DNA from: Candidatus Cryptobacteroides sp.
Lineage (GTDB): Bacteria > Bacteroidota > Bacteroidia > Bacteroidales > UBA932
Direction of reading: 5' to 3'
Assembly: GCA_045614445.1 (NCBI GenBank)
Contig: JAZLCW010000009.1
Coordinates: 5,276 to 69,275, forward strand
Length of the DNA stretch: 64,000 nucleotides
In this document: in pieces, positions 8,338-18,634 of the stretch
Layout of the letters: every line of letters begins with the position of its first letter
Numbering within the stretch: position 1 is the first letter of the stretch
Made by a program: the position numbers and the translations under genes
The notes under the pieces: generated by a model
Database searches by the model: none
What the model saw: only the letters and a program-made list of their open reading frames with translations
Told to the model about the DNA's origin: nothing

Positions 8338-9555
8338 TTATACCTTCAATTTACATCCGCACTTGACCAAAGCTGTGGTAATAGCCAGACACAGTAAAGA
8401 GAACAAGGCACATTTGATAAGTCCTATCGGGCCGGACAACCATTCAGGAGCAGTAAATCCGCAGAATCCTCTGACGCTATATAGAACATATGGGATCATA
8501 TAGACAGTCAATGTTGCAAGTCCTGAATATCGGAAAGGCTTGAACCAGGATAGTCTGTCGAAAGTTTCCATTGAACGTAGAATTGTATAAAAAGCGACAG
8601 ATATTGAGCCGACATACAGGCACCATGGCAGAGTACCGATATTCTTCGAAATAATCCACATATTGTGTGAAAGTGCCGCTGCAATGGCCAAGATGCCAGA
8701 TGCTGCAATAGCCATAAGGACCCTATTGCGGAATTTCAGACCACTGATGCTTGTCTCTGCCAATGAGACAAGGATACCGGCCATCGCCATTATTACAGAG
8801 GATCCGTTGCCGATATTCAGAGCCCCTGCCATATCCTGTATGAATGTAGGACCGCCGAGCAATGTTTCCCCTCCTCTGAGACGGGTCGCAAACATATTTA
8901 GAAGAAGAAGTGCCCCCCAGATGAGGAACAGATATACCGGCTTTTTGCGAAGGAGCAGATATGATGTCGAGCTGAACAGGTAAGCCCAGCCGATCAGACC
9001 AAGTATACCCCACCAGCCGGCTCTGAAAAACCCGCCTTCATCAGTGCGGAATGTGATCGCAAGAAATGTCAGAATCGCCACACCCAGAATCTGAAGCCAC
9101 CTTTTAGCCTTGAAATCCTTCGGATAAGCATTCCAGATAAGGAAGAAGGCAAGTACCATAAGGATACGGTATATTCCGACTCCGTATCCAAGGGTAGAAT
9201 CGAATCCCCCTTCTGAATTGACAATGAAGACGCCCATTATCAGCAGTGCAAATGTTCTGGAGATGATATGCCCCAAGGTGGATTCACCGGAATATCCTTT
9301 GGCAAATCTGCTTTCTACAGCATAAGGAATAGACATTCCCATCGCAAAGAGAAACATCGGAAAGACAATATCCGAAAGGCCGAGACCGTCTTCAAATGTA
9401 CCGAAGTGCTCCAGCCAGTGAGGTACCTCATGCACTGTCCAGAAATCATTGACAAAGACCATCAGAAGCATGACGAGTCCTCTGAACACATCGATTGCGG
9501 TATTGCGCCTGGTAAATAATCCGGAATCGGAATCTTCCTTGAATAGTTTTAACAT
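8338..9555 (-). CDS. DUF5009 / heparan-alpha-glucosaminide N-acetyltransferase-like membrane protein
   Basis: IDVFRGLVMLLMVFVN, DIVFPMFLFAMGMS, WWGILGLIGWAY; multi-pass membrane protein. Confidence 0.85.
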   Translation of the reverse strand: MLKLFKEDSDSGLFTRRNTAIDVFRGLVMLLMVFVNDFWTVHEVPHWLEHFGTFEDGLGLSDIVFPMFLFAMGMSIPYAVESRFAKGYSGESTLGHIISRTFALLIMGVFIVNSEGGFDSTLGYGVGIYRILMVLAFFLIWNAYPKDFKAKRWLQILGVAILTFLAITFRTDEGGFFRAGWWGILGLIGWAYLFSSTSYLLLRKKPVYLFLIWGALLLLNMFATRLRGGETLLGGPTFIQDMAGALNIGNGSSVIMAMAGILVSLAETSISGLKFRNRVLMAIAASGILAIAAALSHNMWIISKNIGTLPWCLYVGSISVAFYTILRSMETFDRLSWFKPFRYSGLATLTVYMIPYVLYSVRGFCGFTAPEWLSGPIGLIKCALFSLLCLAITTALVKCGCKLKV

Positions 9556-9659
9556 AGTATCCGTCTTTATTTTCCAAATGTACGGTTTTTCATCTGATTA
9601 ACAACTCAAGATTCAGTTTATATCACTAACTTTGTATAGCATTACTTACTGGATCGAAT

Positions 9660-11312
9660 ATGAAAATCCTCTGGCTCGACATAAACAGTTCTTACTCTCA
9701 TTCATCAGTTGCACTACCTGCAATTCATGCTCAAGTCAGCGGGAATTGCCAATGGGAATGGTGCGTGGTCAGAGGCACGATCAATGACAATCCCGGAACA
9801 ATCGCAGCAGCAGTCGCACGGCAGAAACCTGACATTATTGCTGCGACATTCTGGCTCTTTACCCATAGGATGCAGATCGAGGTCCTGTCAAGGGTATCAA
9901 TGCTTCTGGAAGGAGTGAAAGTGATATGCGGAGGACCGGAATTTCTCGGCGACAATGAGGACTTCCTTAGAACCAACAGGTTCATTACAGCAATAATTCG
10001 AGGTGAGGGCGAAAAGGCACTACCCCAGTGGCTGGAAACAGTCGCGACAGAAAGCGGTTGGAACTGCGTAGAAGGTCTGTGCTGGATAGACTCTGTAACA
10101 GGAAAATATATGGACAACGGTATCGCCAGAGTTGCAGATTTTGCTGCTTTGAAATATCCTGAACAGAGCAGTTTCTTCAATTGGGACAAACCTTTTGTAC
10201 AGCTCGAAACTACCAGAGGCTGCTTCAACACCTGTGCATTCTGCGTCAGCGGTGGTGAGAAGCCTGTCAGATATCAGAGTATCGGACAAGTCAGAGAAAG
10301 ACTTGAAAATATATCCGCGCACGGAATAAAGGACGTCAGAGTACTGGACAGAACATTCAATTACGATACAGACCGTGCATGCGAGATGCTGGACCTGTTT
10401 TCAGAGTATTCAGGCAGAATGCGTTTCCACCTGGAGATACATCCGGCGCTGCTTTCAGAGCCATTGAAAAGAAAGATTGAAACTTTACCTGAAGGTCTGC
10501 TTCATCTTGAGGCAGGGATTCAGAGTCTTGACAGCAAGGTCCTGTCAGAAAGCGGTAGAAAAGGAAGCCTCGAAGCATCACTCAAGGGTCTGGAATATCT
10601 ATGTTCCTTGAATAACCTTCAGACTCATGCCGACTTGATCGCCGGCCTGCCGGAATATACTCTTGAGATGCTCTGCAAAGATATCTTCAAACTGATCGAG
10701 ATCGGAGTGGATGAACTTCAGATAGAATCTCTTAAAGTATTGCCAGGCACTAAGATGCGTTCTGATGCAGAGAAGAAAGGAATGAAGTATTCGCTACTGG
10801 CACCATATGAAGTCCTTCAGACTCCGTCAATGTCTCCAGATGATATCCTGAAGGCGATGCAGATATCCAGAATGGTGGACCTGTACTACAATTGCCCTAC
10901 CTGGCAGAAAGTTATCAGGAGCATGATTTCGGAGGAATTCGTAAAAGATTTTACCGGATATCTGAAGACCAGGATGATCCTCGACTCCCCTGTCAGCATC
11001 GAAAGACGTGGCGTCATACTATATGAGTACTGTAAAGAAAAGTATCCGGAAAAGCTTATTGATGTATCAATTGCGTGGATCGAGGCCGGGCTATCGCTTA
11101 AGAAAGAGCCGGCAGGAGAAATCAGCAAGGTAAAGCATCTGGAAGCCTTTCTGGAAAGGGAAAATCTGCAGTTGAGTGGAAGATACGGCTGCGCGGAATC
11201 TTCACACAGGTACTTCCTGCTGAATTCAGCCGACAAAAGAATCATAATCGGCTATGACTCTCAGAATCATCAGCCGTCACCGGTATTTATAGGAGAATTA
11301 ACAAACAAATAA
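9660..11312 (+). CDS. B12-binding radical SAM protein (DUF4080-type)
   Basis: ETTRGCFNTCAFC CxxxCxxC motif, DRTFN, GIQS, HADLIAGLP; -7 box TAACTTTG at 9627-9634. Confidence 0.9.
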   Translation: MKILWLDINSSYSHSSVALPAIHAQVSGNCQWEWCVVRGTINDNPGTIAAAVARQKPDIIAATFWLFTHRMQIEVLSRVSMLLEGVKVICGGPEFLGDNEDFLRTNRFITAIIRGEGEKALPQWLETVATESGWNCVEGLCWIDSVTGKYMDNGIARVADFAALKYPEQSSFFNWDKPFVQLETTRGCFNTCAFCVSGGEKPVRYQSIGQVRERLENISAHGIKDVRVLDRTFNYDTDRACEMLDLFSEYSGRMRFHLEIHPALLSEPLKRKIETLPEGLLHLEAGIQSLDSKVLSESGRKGSLEASLKGLEYLCSLNNLQTHADLIAGLPEYTLEMLCKDIFKLIEIGVDELQIESLKVLPGTKMRSDAEKKGMKYSLLAPYEVLQTPSMSPDDILKAMQISRMVDLYYNCPTWQKVIRSMISEEFVKDFTGYLKTRMILDSPVSIERRGVILYEYCKEKYPEKLIDVSIAWIEAGLSLKKEPAGEISKVKHLEAFLERENLQLSGRYGCAESSHRYFLLNSADKRIIIGYDSQNHQPSPVFIGELTNK

Positions 11313-11325
11313 TGACACTGACACT

Positions 11326-12513
11326 ATGAACACTTTATTTCAAAAAGCTATCCAGCTCATTGCAGCAGTCACATTGGCCAGCTCGGCACTCTCTGCCCAG
11401 GAGATGAATTCACTGATGTTCAGAAAGCCAGTAAAATCTCCGGAAGTCACAGAGGACGGCATCACCTTCAGATTCAAGGCTCCTAAAGCCAGAAAGGTAC
11501 AGGTCTCTGCATCATGGCTCGGATATAACCCGGCCAATGCTGAAATGATCCAGGGTCCGGACGGAGTATGGTCACTCACACTTCCGTTACCATCTCCTGA
11601 ACTCTATACATATAACTTTGTAGTAGATGGATTATCGACTCTGGATCCGGCTAATGTAGTCGTGCTAAGAGACGGTTCAAGATATATGAATGCCGTCCTG
11701 GTGGAAGGCGATTACGCTGACTATTACAAGGAGTCAGACAAGCCGGGCAATCTGGAACAAGTCTGGTACCACTCTGCAGAAAACGACATGACACGCAGGC
11801 TCTATGTCTATACCCCATATGGTTACGATCCGAAAAAGACAAAGGTGAAATATCCTGTTCTCTACCTTCTTCATGGAGGCGGCGGTGATGAGGACGCATG
11901 GAGCACTCTCGGCCGTACATGCCAGATACTGGATAATCTCATTGCTGCAGGAAAGGCTGAGCCGATGCTCGTTGTAATGCCGAACGGCAACCCTTCACAA
12001 TACGCATCACAGACTCTTCAGATCCCTGAGAATCAGAATATCAGGAAATATAATTCCGGATTCGACAACTACACATCGCTCACAGCTGATATTGTTCCTT
12101 TCATCGAAAGCAGATACAATGTGATCGCAAAGAAGAGCGGCAGATCGGTCGCAGGTCTTTCAATGGGTGGCGGTCAGTCATTCTACATCGGATTCCGCAA
12201 TGTGGACAAATTCTCATCAGTCGGTATCTTCTCATCTGGTCTGATCGGTGCCTCAGCTATCGGCGGAGAGCCATTCGATGCTGAAAAACAGATTCCGGGA
12301 ATGCTCACTAACCCAGAAAAGTTCAATAAGTTCGATGTAATCTATCTCGCGTGCGGAGAGCAGGACAACCGCATCGACGGAATGAAGGAATTCAAGGAAA
12401 CACTTGATTCAAAAGGATATGAGGGTGTCGTATGGGAACAGTGTCCGGGAGGACACGAGTGGAAGGTCTGGAGACGTAACCTCACATCATTCGTGCAGCT
12501 GATATTCAGATAA
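11326..12513 (+). CDS. CE1-type esterase with N-terminal CBM48-like domain
   Basis: Signal peptide, [33 protein letters not shown]. Confidence 0.9.
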   Translation: MNTLFQKAIQLIAAVTLASSALSAQEMNSLMFRKPVKSPEVTEDGITFRFKAPKARKVQVSASWLGYNPANAEMIQGPDGVWSLTLPLPSPELYTYNFVVDGLSTLDPANVVVLRDGSRYMNAVLVEGDYADYYKESDKPGNLEQVWYHSAENDMTRRLYVYTPYGYDPKKTKVKYPVLYLLHGGGGDEDAWSTLGRTCQILDNLIAAGKAEPMLVVMPNGNPSQYASQTLQIPENQNIRKYNSGFDNYTSLTADIVPFIESRYNVIAKKSGRSVAGLSMGGGQSFYIGFRNVDKFSSVGIFSSGLIGASAIGGEPFDAEKQIPGMLTNPEKFNKFDVIYLACGEQDNRIDGMKEFKETLDSKGYEGVVWEQCPGGHEWKVWRRNLTSFVQLIFR

Positions 12514-12514
12514 A

Positions 12515-13141
12515 TTGGCAAAGAAAAACATCATATCGGACTTCAGTTCTCTGAAAGGGAAAGTAACCTTTTCAGAGAAGAAGTCCGTATCTGAGCCGCA
12601 GAAGGCCAAGACACCGCTTCCTTCTAAACCGAAAGAGGATATCCTGAAAGTCGGACAAAGCGTAGTCCTGATGGATTCCGATCTCAGGGGAAAAATAATC
12701 AGAATAGGCAGGAGTGTACAGATCGAACTGGAGGACGGTCTGATCATAGAAGCCGCTTTCAGTGAATTTGCAGTTACTCACGAAAGCGAGATCTACAGTC
12801 TGAAAGAAACGAAAATCCGACAGCTGAAGATCAACACCAAGGGCAGAACAGCCTCAAAGACGAAAAGTTCGGACAGCACGCTTGAAATTGATCTTCATAT
12901 AGATGCCATCCCAGGGGGCAGAACCGTTGCCAAGGGCCAGCAGCTCCAATTCCAGATGGATACTTTCCGAAACGCCATTCACCGTAACCTTAAGCACAAA
13001 GGAATGAAGATCACCTTCATACACGGAATAGGTGACGGCATATTAAAAGCTGCAATCCGAAAGGAACTGGACGAAGTCCTCGCTCTCAGATGCAGCTATT
13101 CGATAGGTGACCCGGCAGTCACCACTGTGATTATCAAATGA
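12515..13141 (+). CDS. Smr/MutS2-domain protein
   Basis: TTG start; EIDLHI and FIHGIGDGILK Smr motifs; KOW-like segment. Confidence 0.8.
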   Translation: MAKKNIISDFSSLKGKVTFSEKKSVSEPQKAKTPLPSKPKEDILKVGQSVVLMDSDLRGKIIRIGRSVQIELEDGLIIEAAFSEFAVTHESEIYSLKETKIRQLKINTKGRTASKTKSSDSTLEIDLHIDAIPGGRTVAKGQQLQFQMDTFRNAIHRNLKHKGMKITFIHGIGDGILKAAIRKELDEVLALRCSYSIGDPAVTTVIIK

Positions 13142-13789
13142 TTATTCTGGCCAGACGAACTTCGAATTGATGGATTCTCCTCCGTCCACTACTATGCTCT
13201 GTCCTGTGCAGAAACGATTCTCGACAGTAATAAAATATGCCCACCGTGCAATCTCTTCAGCAGTGGCCCATCTTTTCAATGGAGTCTGCTGCATAATCTC
13301 ATCCCACAGAACGGGATCGTTCACGACACAGTCATTGAGCGGAGTCAGAACTCCACCTGGATCCAGACTGTTGCAGACGGCACCGAATGCAGCGACTCTC
13401 AGTGCCACATTCTTGGTGTAAGCGATCACTCCACCTTTGCTGGCACAATATTCTGGGAACTCAGATCCAGTATGACCGCTCGCTGATCCGATGTTCAGAA
13501 TCGACTTTATTCCTTTGCGGACTCCATACTTTTCAGTAACTCTGATAAGAGCCTTGAGATTCACATCGATATCATCTTCATTCTGGACTCCGGCATTATT
13601 GACCAATATCTCAACGCCTTCGATTTCTGGCAGCGGGCCTCTCACATCACAGCAGACATGAGTATAATTGTCACCGATAAGGGACGATTCCTTACGGTCA
13701 AGTCCCACTACATGGTGGCCATTACTCAGGAATATCTCTGCTATTGCTCTTCCTATTCCCTGTGATGCTCCTGTTACCAGTACTTTCAT
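13142..13789 (-). CDS. Short-chain dehydrogenase/reductase
   Basis: TGASQGIG, NNAG, YCASK. Confidence 0.92.
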   Translation of the reverse strand: MKVLVTGASQGIGRAIAEIFLSNGHHVVGLDRKESSLIGDNYTHVCCDVRGPLPEIEGVEILVNNAGVQNEDDIDVNLKALIRVTEKYGVRKGIKSILNIGSASGHTGSEFPEYCASKGGVIAYTKNVALRVAAFGAVCNSLDPGGVLTPLNDCVVNDPVLWDEIMQQTPLKRWATAEEIARWAYFITVENRFCTGQSIVVDGGESINSKFVWPE

Positions 13790-13790
13790 A

Positions 13791-14120
13791 TTACTTCTTC
13801 AGGAAGCAGGTCTTGAGAACAATACTGCTGCCGTCGATCTTGCAGTCCACTTCTTCCGGATTTTCAGTCAGGCGGATACTCTTCACCTTGGTTCCACGCT
13901 TGATAACCATAGAAGAACCCTTGACCTTAAGATCCTTGATAACTGTAACAGCGTCACCATCAAAGAGTTCTGCACCATTAGAATCTCTTGCCACATCATC
14001 AGCCTCAGCTGCTTCTTCTACAGAATCGAACTCATATGCACAGTCAGGGCAAACATAAAGCGATCCGTCAAAATAAGTGTATTCACTGCCACACTTGGGG
14101 CACTTTGGAATTTCGTTCAT
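13791..14120 (-). CDS. yjdM: PhnA/YjdM zinc-ribbon protein
   Basis: CPKC..CPDC; DSNGAELFDGDAVTVIKDLKVKGSS..GTKVKSIRL. Confidence 0.92.
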   Translation of the reverse strand: MNEIPKCPKCGSEYTYFDGSLYVCPDCAYEFDSVEEAAEADDVARDSNGAELFDGDAVTVIKDLKVKGSSMVIKRGTKVKSIRLTENPEEVDCKIDGSSIVLKTCFLKK

Positions 14121-14151
14121 ATATTTTCTTGTTAAAGGGCGGCAAAAATAA

Positions 14152-14625
14152 TCATTTTGACATTACTTTCCAACGCAGCCTCCATACGCCCTCGGAATAC
14201 GAATGGCTGATTATCTTGAAGGTTCCTATCTCTGCGGTATTGGAGACATGGGCTCCGATACATGCACAAGCGTCGTAATCCCCTATCCTTACTATCCTGA
14301 GCGTCTGGGAAGCATCTTCAGGAAGCTTGCTAAGATCCACTATAGCTGCGGCCTCGTCACGTGACACAAACTCCACTGTCACATCAAGTCCTGCCGCTAT
14401 CATCTCATTGACCTTTCCCTCGATCTGAGCCACTTCTTCCGCACTCGGCTCAGCCTCCAGAATATAATCACATTTAGACTTTTTCTTCTCCACGTGGGCA
14501 TTCCTCGAGCGAGGACATCCGAACATCTTTACCATAGTGGCATTTAGAAGATGCTCCGCCGTATGAGCCGGCTCGTATTCCTGTTTATTGTGCTGATTGA
14601 GTACGATTGTTTCCATATAGAACAT
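14152..14625 (-). CDS. Stand-alone AlaX-like tRNA editing protein (tRNA_SAD)
   Basis: HTAEH and CACIGAHV Zn-binding motifs; LRIVRIGDYD. Confidence 0.8.
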   Translation of the reverse strand: MFYMETIVLNQHNKQEYEPAHTAEHLLNATMVKMFGCPRSRNAHVEKKKSKCDYILEAEPSAEEVAQIEGKVNEMIAAGLDVTVEFVSRDEAAAIVDLSKLPEDASQTLRIVRIGDYDACACIGAHVSNTAEIGTFKIISHSYSEGVWRLRWKVMSK

Positions 14626-14634
14626 TCATGGAGA

Positions 14635-15234
14635 TTAATGTGCAAAGATAAATCCGAAATAGACTCTCGGACCATAAGGTCTGTTGAGACCTTTGTGGTG
14701 GATAGCCATAAGCCAGTCTGCCTTGACGGTCAGACGTAGAGCTTCTCCCACTGCTATATCACATCCGACGAACGGATCGACTGCAAAAAAAGGCTGCTTA
14801 TTGAAGACTGCATTTGCTTCAGGAAGCCAGTCGTGACTGTCACCTTCGAACATATAATATGCTGTCTCCATTCCACCTCCGACTGTAGCTCCAAAATATG
14901 GATAAAAATGTCCTGCCTTCCAATACCAGTCAGCAAGTACACCTGTCCAGAAAAGTTTATTGTGACTTCCTTTGACAAGATCTTTTTTCAGTCCGAGAGT
15001 CGAGAAATAGCCTTCGAAGCCAGTACGGAAATGATCAGATAGATGCAGTCTTGCCACGCCCCCGATACCGAAAGTCGCTCCCTTCGGATTGAAGTCATAT
15101 GGGTTGTCACCACCGGACTGATAGCCGGAATGCAGCATCATACCTCCCGAAAATCCCTTGATGAATTTCTTTTCCTGAGCCATGCCGCAGATACAAAGCA
15201 AGCTCGTCATGCAGATCAAAATAAAACGTTTCAT
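14635..15234 (-). CDS. Hypothetical outer-membrane beta-barrel protein
   Basis: Start moved to MKRFILIC (15234); signal peptide, amphipathic strands, C-terminal YFGFIFAH. Confidence 0.65.
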   Translation of the reverse strand: MKRFILICMTSLLCICGMAQEKKFIKGFSGGMMLHSGYQSGGDNPYDFNPKGATFGIGGVARLHLSDHFRTGFEGYFSTLGLKKDLVKGSHNKLFWTGVLADWYWKAGHFYPYFGATVGGGMETAYYMFEGDSHDWLPEANAVFNKQPFFAVDPFVGCDIAVGEALRLTVKADWLMAIHHKGLNRPYGPRVYFGFIFAH

Positions 15235-15430
15235 AATTAGTTTAAGCCTTAAACAATCGATTTGGACCGACAAAAATAGGAAAATTCCTCGATATATCGC
15301 TACCCTCATTTTCTCTCTCATATCAGGTTTATAACAATGAACCGTGCATTTACGGCAGGTAGGCTTGTCATTACTTCTACGGTCTTTTCTCCTTTTCTAT
15401 CCTGTTCATATCGGCAAATATAATCATAAG

Positions 15431-15445
15431 TGGCACAATTTGTGA
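15431..15445 (+). promoter_or_regulatory. Sigma54-like promoter candidate for gadBC
   Basis: TGGCACAATTTGTGA: perfect -24 element, GA instead of GC at -12. Confidence 0.4.
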
Positions 15446-15488
15446 CCAGCCGGGACAAGAATATTACAATTTTTAAATATTATAAACT

Positions 15489-16901
15489 ATGAACACAAGA
15501 AAAAAGACGCAGGACAACAGGGACGAGATTTTCGGATCAAAGGAAATGAGGGAACCTGCACCTTCGGAATTCATCCCGAAACATAGGACACCGGCTGAAA
15601 CCGCATATCAGATGGTCAAGGACGAGACCTTTCCGCAAACCCAGCCAAGACTGAATCTCGCTACATTCGTCACGACATATATGGACGATTACGGCACCCG
15701 CCTTATGAACGAGGCTGTGGGCGTTAATTTCATCGATGAAACAGAGTATCCACGTGTAGCAGTAATGTGCGGACGATGCATCAATATGGTCGCCAATATG
15801 TGGAACACCCCTGAAAAGGGAGCATGGAAGACAGGTGCCGTAGGTATCGGTTCATCTGAAGCCTGCATGCTCGGAGGAGTGGCAGCCTGGCTCCGATGGC
15901 GTGACAGACGCAAGGCTGAAGGAAAGCCATATGACAAGCCTAATCTGGTCATGAGTACAGCATATCAGGTAGTATGGGAGAAATTCTGTCAGCTATGGCA
16001 GATAGAGATGCGTACAGTTCCGATCACACTCGAGAACCCTACATTGGATATCGAAGAGGCAATCAGGATGTGCGATGAAAATACGATCTGCATCGTGCCG
16101 ATCATGGGAGTGACCTGGACAGGAATGAACGATGATGTGGAAGGATTGAACAATGCACTTGAGGAATACAATGCAAAGACTGGATATAATATTCCTATCC
16201 ATATCGATGCGGCATCTGGCGGCTTCATCCTCCCGTTCCTGTTCCCTGAAAAGAAATGGGATTTCAGACTCAAATGGGTCTATTCGATCTCGACATCAGG
16301 TCATAAATATGGTCTGGTATATCCGGGTCTCGGCTGGGTCGTATGGCGCGACAAGAAATACCTCCCAGATGATATGTCATTCAGTGTTAATTACTTGGGG
16401 GCAAGCATCTCGCAGGTAGGACTGAACTTCTCACGTCCAGCCGCACAGATCCTGGCTCAATACTACAATTTCATCCACCTTGGAATGGAAGGCTATAAGG
16501 ACATCCATACAAATTCAATGGATATCGCAGAATACTGCCACAAGGAAATCGGAAAGATGCGCTGCTTCGAGAATTATTCCGAAAAGCTGGACAACCCTCT
16601 TTTCATCTGGAAAATGAAACCGGAATATGAAGAAAAGGCCAATTGGACCCTCTTCGACCTTCAGGACAAGCTGATGCAGAGCGGATGGATGGTACCGGCT
16701 TATACGATGCCGAAGAACATCGAGGATATGGTGGTAATGCGAATCGTAGTGCGCCAGGGCATGTCCCGCGATATGGCAGACATGCTGATCCAGGACATAC
16801 ATAATGCAGTCGTGGAACTGGAAAAGCTCAAATTCCCTACTCCATCCCGCCTGTCTTATATGAAACAGGAAAAGCAGAAAGGAAAGGTTTACACCCACTG
16901 A
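15489..16901 (+). CDS. gadB: Glutamate decarboxylase
   Basis: NLATFVTTYM, IDETEYP, GSSEACML, HIDAASGG, SGHKYG (PLP lysine). Confidence 0.97.
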   Translation: MNTRKKTQDNRDEIFGSKEMREPAPSEFIPKHRTPAETAYQMVKDETFPQTQPRLNLATFVTTYMDDYGTRLMNEAVGVNFIDETEYPRVAVMCGRCINMVANMWNTPEKGAWKTGAVGIGSSEACMLGGVAAWLRWRDRRKAEGKPYDKPNLVMSTAYQVVWEKFCQLWQIEMRTVPITLENPTLDIEEAIRMCDENTICIVPIMGVTWTGMNDDVEGLNNALEEYNAKTGYNIPIHIDAASGGFILPFLFPEKKWDFRLKWVYSISTSGHKYGLVYPGLGWVVWRDKKYLPDDMSFSVNYLGASISQVGLNFSRPAAQILAQYYNFIHLGMEGYKDIHTNSMDIAEYCHKEIGKMRCFENYSEKLDNPLFIWKMKPEYEEKANWTLFDLQDKLMQSGWMVPAYTMPKNIEDMVVMRIVVRQGMSRDMADMLIQDIHNAVVELEKLKFPTPSRLSYMKQEKQKGKVYTH

Positions 16902-16922
16902 TAATCCCCGTATGATTTTACA

Positions 16923-16968
16923 ATGTCATCCTGAGCCTGTAAAACAGATCCGTGGCGCAGGATGACAT
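16923..16968. repeat. REP-like intergenic hairpin between gadB and gadC
   Basis: ATGTCATCCTGAGCC...GGCGCAGGATGACAT. Confidence 0.55.
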
Positions 16969-16985
16969 AAAAAACGAACTGAATT

Positions 16986-18443
16986 ATGGACACAAAGAAA
17001 ACAAACACAGGATTCAAGCTGAGCGTAGCCACACTGGCCATCATGAACATCACAGCTGTGGTGAGCCTTCGCGGACTGCCTGCAGAAGCGGTGTACGGTC
17101 CCTCATCTGCATTCTATTATCTGTTTGCTGCCATTGTATTTCTGATTCCTACAGCAATGGTTGCGGCTGAGATGGCTGCAATGTTTTCAGACAAACAGGG
17201 CGGAGTGTTCCGTTGGGTCGGAGAAGCATTCGGTCCCCGCACAGGATTCCTGGCAATATGGCTGCAATGGATCGAATCCACAATATGGTATCCGACAGTA
17301 TTGACCTTCGGAGCTGTATCTTTCGCTTATATCGGCCTTAACGATGCATCTGATGCAGCATTGGCATCAAACAAGCTCTTCACTCTCGTTACAGTACTCG
17401 CGATATATTGGATAGCGACATTCATTGCCATGAAGGGACTCGGCTGGGTCGGCAAGATCAGTAAATGGGGCGGCATGATCGGAACAATCATACCTGCAGG
17501 ACTTCTGATCATCCTTGGAATCATTTATATTGCCTCAGGTGGTCACAATCATATGGATATGTCGCAGGGATTCTTCCCTGACCTGACGAAATTCGACAAT
17601 CTGGTTCTGGCCAGCAGCATATTCCTATTCTATGCCGGTATGGAGATGATGGGCGTGCATGTGATGGATGTAAACAATCCTTCGAAAAACTATCCTAAGG
17701 CGATAATTATCGGCTCGCTGGCAACAGTAGCCATCTTCGTACTGGGAACATTTGCACTTGGTTTCATCATCCCCGCAAAAGACATCAATCTCACACAGTC
17801 ACTGCTGATAGGATTTGACAATTACTTCAGACACTTCCATATCTCATGGGCAGGCCCGTTAATCGCCATCGCATTGATGTTCGGAGTATTGGCAAGCGTA
17901 TTGACCTGGGTAGCAGGACCTTCCAAGGGTATTTTCACTGTCGGAAAGGCTGGTTATCTGCCTCCGTTCTTCCAGAAGACCAACAGCAACGGAGTACAGC
18001 GCAACATCCTTCTTGTACAAGGAGGTATCGTGACTCTTCTTTCACTGCTGTTCGTGGTGATGCCTTCAGTACAATCATTCTATCAGATACTTTCTCAGCT
18101 TACCATTCTGCTGTACCTGATAATGTATATGCTGATGTTCGCAGCAGGCATTGTGCTACGCTACAAGATGAAGGATACTCCTCGTCCGTTCCGTCTGGGT
18201 AAAGGAAACACACTGATGTGGATTCTCGGAGTGGTCGGATTCGCTGGTTCCCTTCTTGCATTCGTCCTCAGTTTCATCCCTCCGGGACAGATCGCCACAG
18301 GCAGCAATGCCGTATGGTACTCTGTATTGATCATCGGATGCATCGTGATGGTAGTGATTCCGTTCATAATCTATGGAATGAGAAAGCCTTCATGGCGGGA
18401 CCCGAACGCAGAGTTCGCCCCATTCCACTGGGACCAGAAATAA
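16986..18443 (+). CDS. gadC: Glutamate:GABA antiporter
   Basis: APC-family transporter directly downstream of gadB; SLRGLP, GGVFRWVGEAFG, YAGME. Confidence 0.93.
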   Translation: MDTKKTNTGFKLSVATLAIMNITAVVSLRGLPAEAVYGPSSAFYYLFAAIVFLIPTAMVAAEMAAMFSDKQGGVFRWVGEAFGPRTGFLAIWLQWIESTIWYPTVLTFGAVSFAYIGLNDASDAALASNKLFTLVTVLAIYWIATFIAMKGLGWVGKISKWGGMIGTIIPAGLLIILGIIYIASGGHNHMDMSQGFFPDLTKFDNLVLASSIFLFYAGMEMMGVHVMDVNNPSKNYPKAIIIGSLATVAIFVLGTFALGFIIPAKDINLTQSLLIGFDNYFRHFHISWAGPLIAIALMFGVLASVLTWVAGPSKGIFTVGKAGYLPPFFQKTNSNGVQRNILLVQGGIVTLLSLLFVVMPSVQSFYQILSQLTILLYLIMYMLMFAAGIVLRYKMKDTPRPFRLGKGNTLMWILGVVGFAGSLLAFVLSFIPPGQIATGSNAVWYSVLIIGCIVMVVIPFIIYGMRKPSWRDPNAEFAPFHWDQK

Positions 18444-18467
18444 CAGCAGTCAATTATAAGAATATCG

Positions 18468-18511
18468 ATACAGCTTGACCACACTTTGAATAATTTGCGG
18501 TCAAGCTGTAT
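18468..18511 (+). terminator. Hairpin after gadC
   Basis: ATACAGCTTGACC...GGTCAAGCTGTAT 13-bp stem. Confidence 0.6.
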
Positions 18512-18634
18512 TACATCATAAAAGCTCCGTGGCCGGCCAGGAAAACGGCCTGATTTCCGGCCATATCAGTGCATTGATGATTATTGGTGTCATATAATAG
18601 ATATTCGGACAATAATTGATAACTTTGTACTGCT

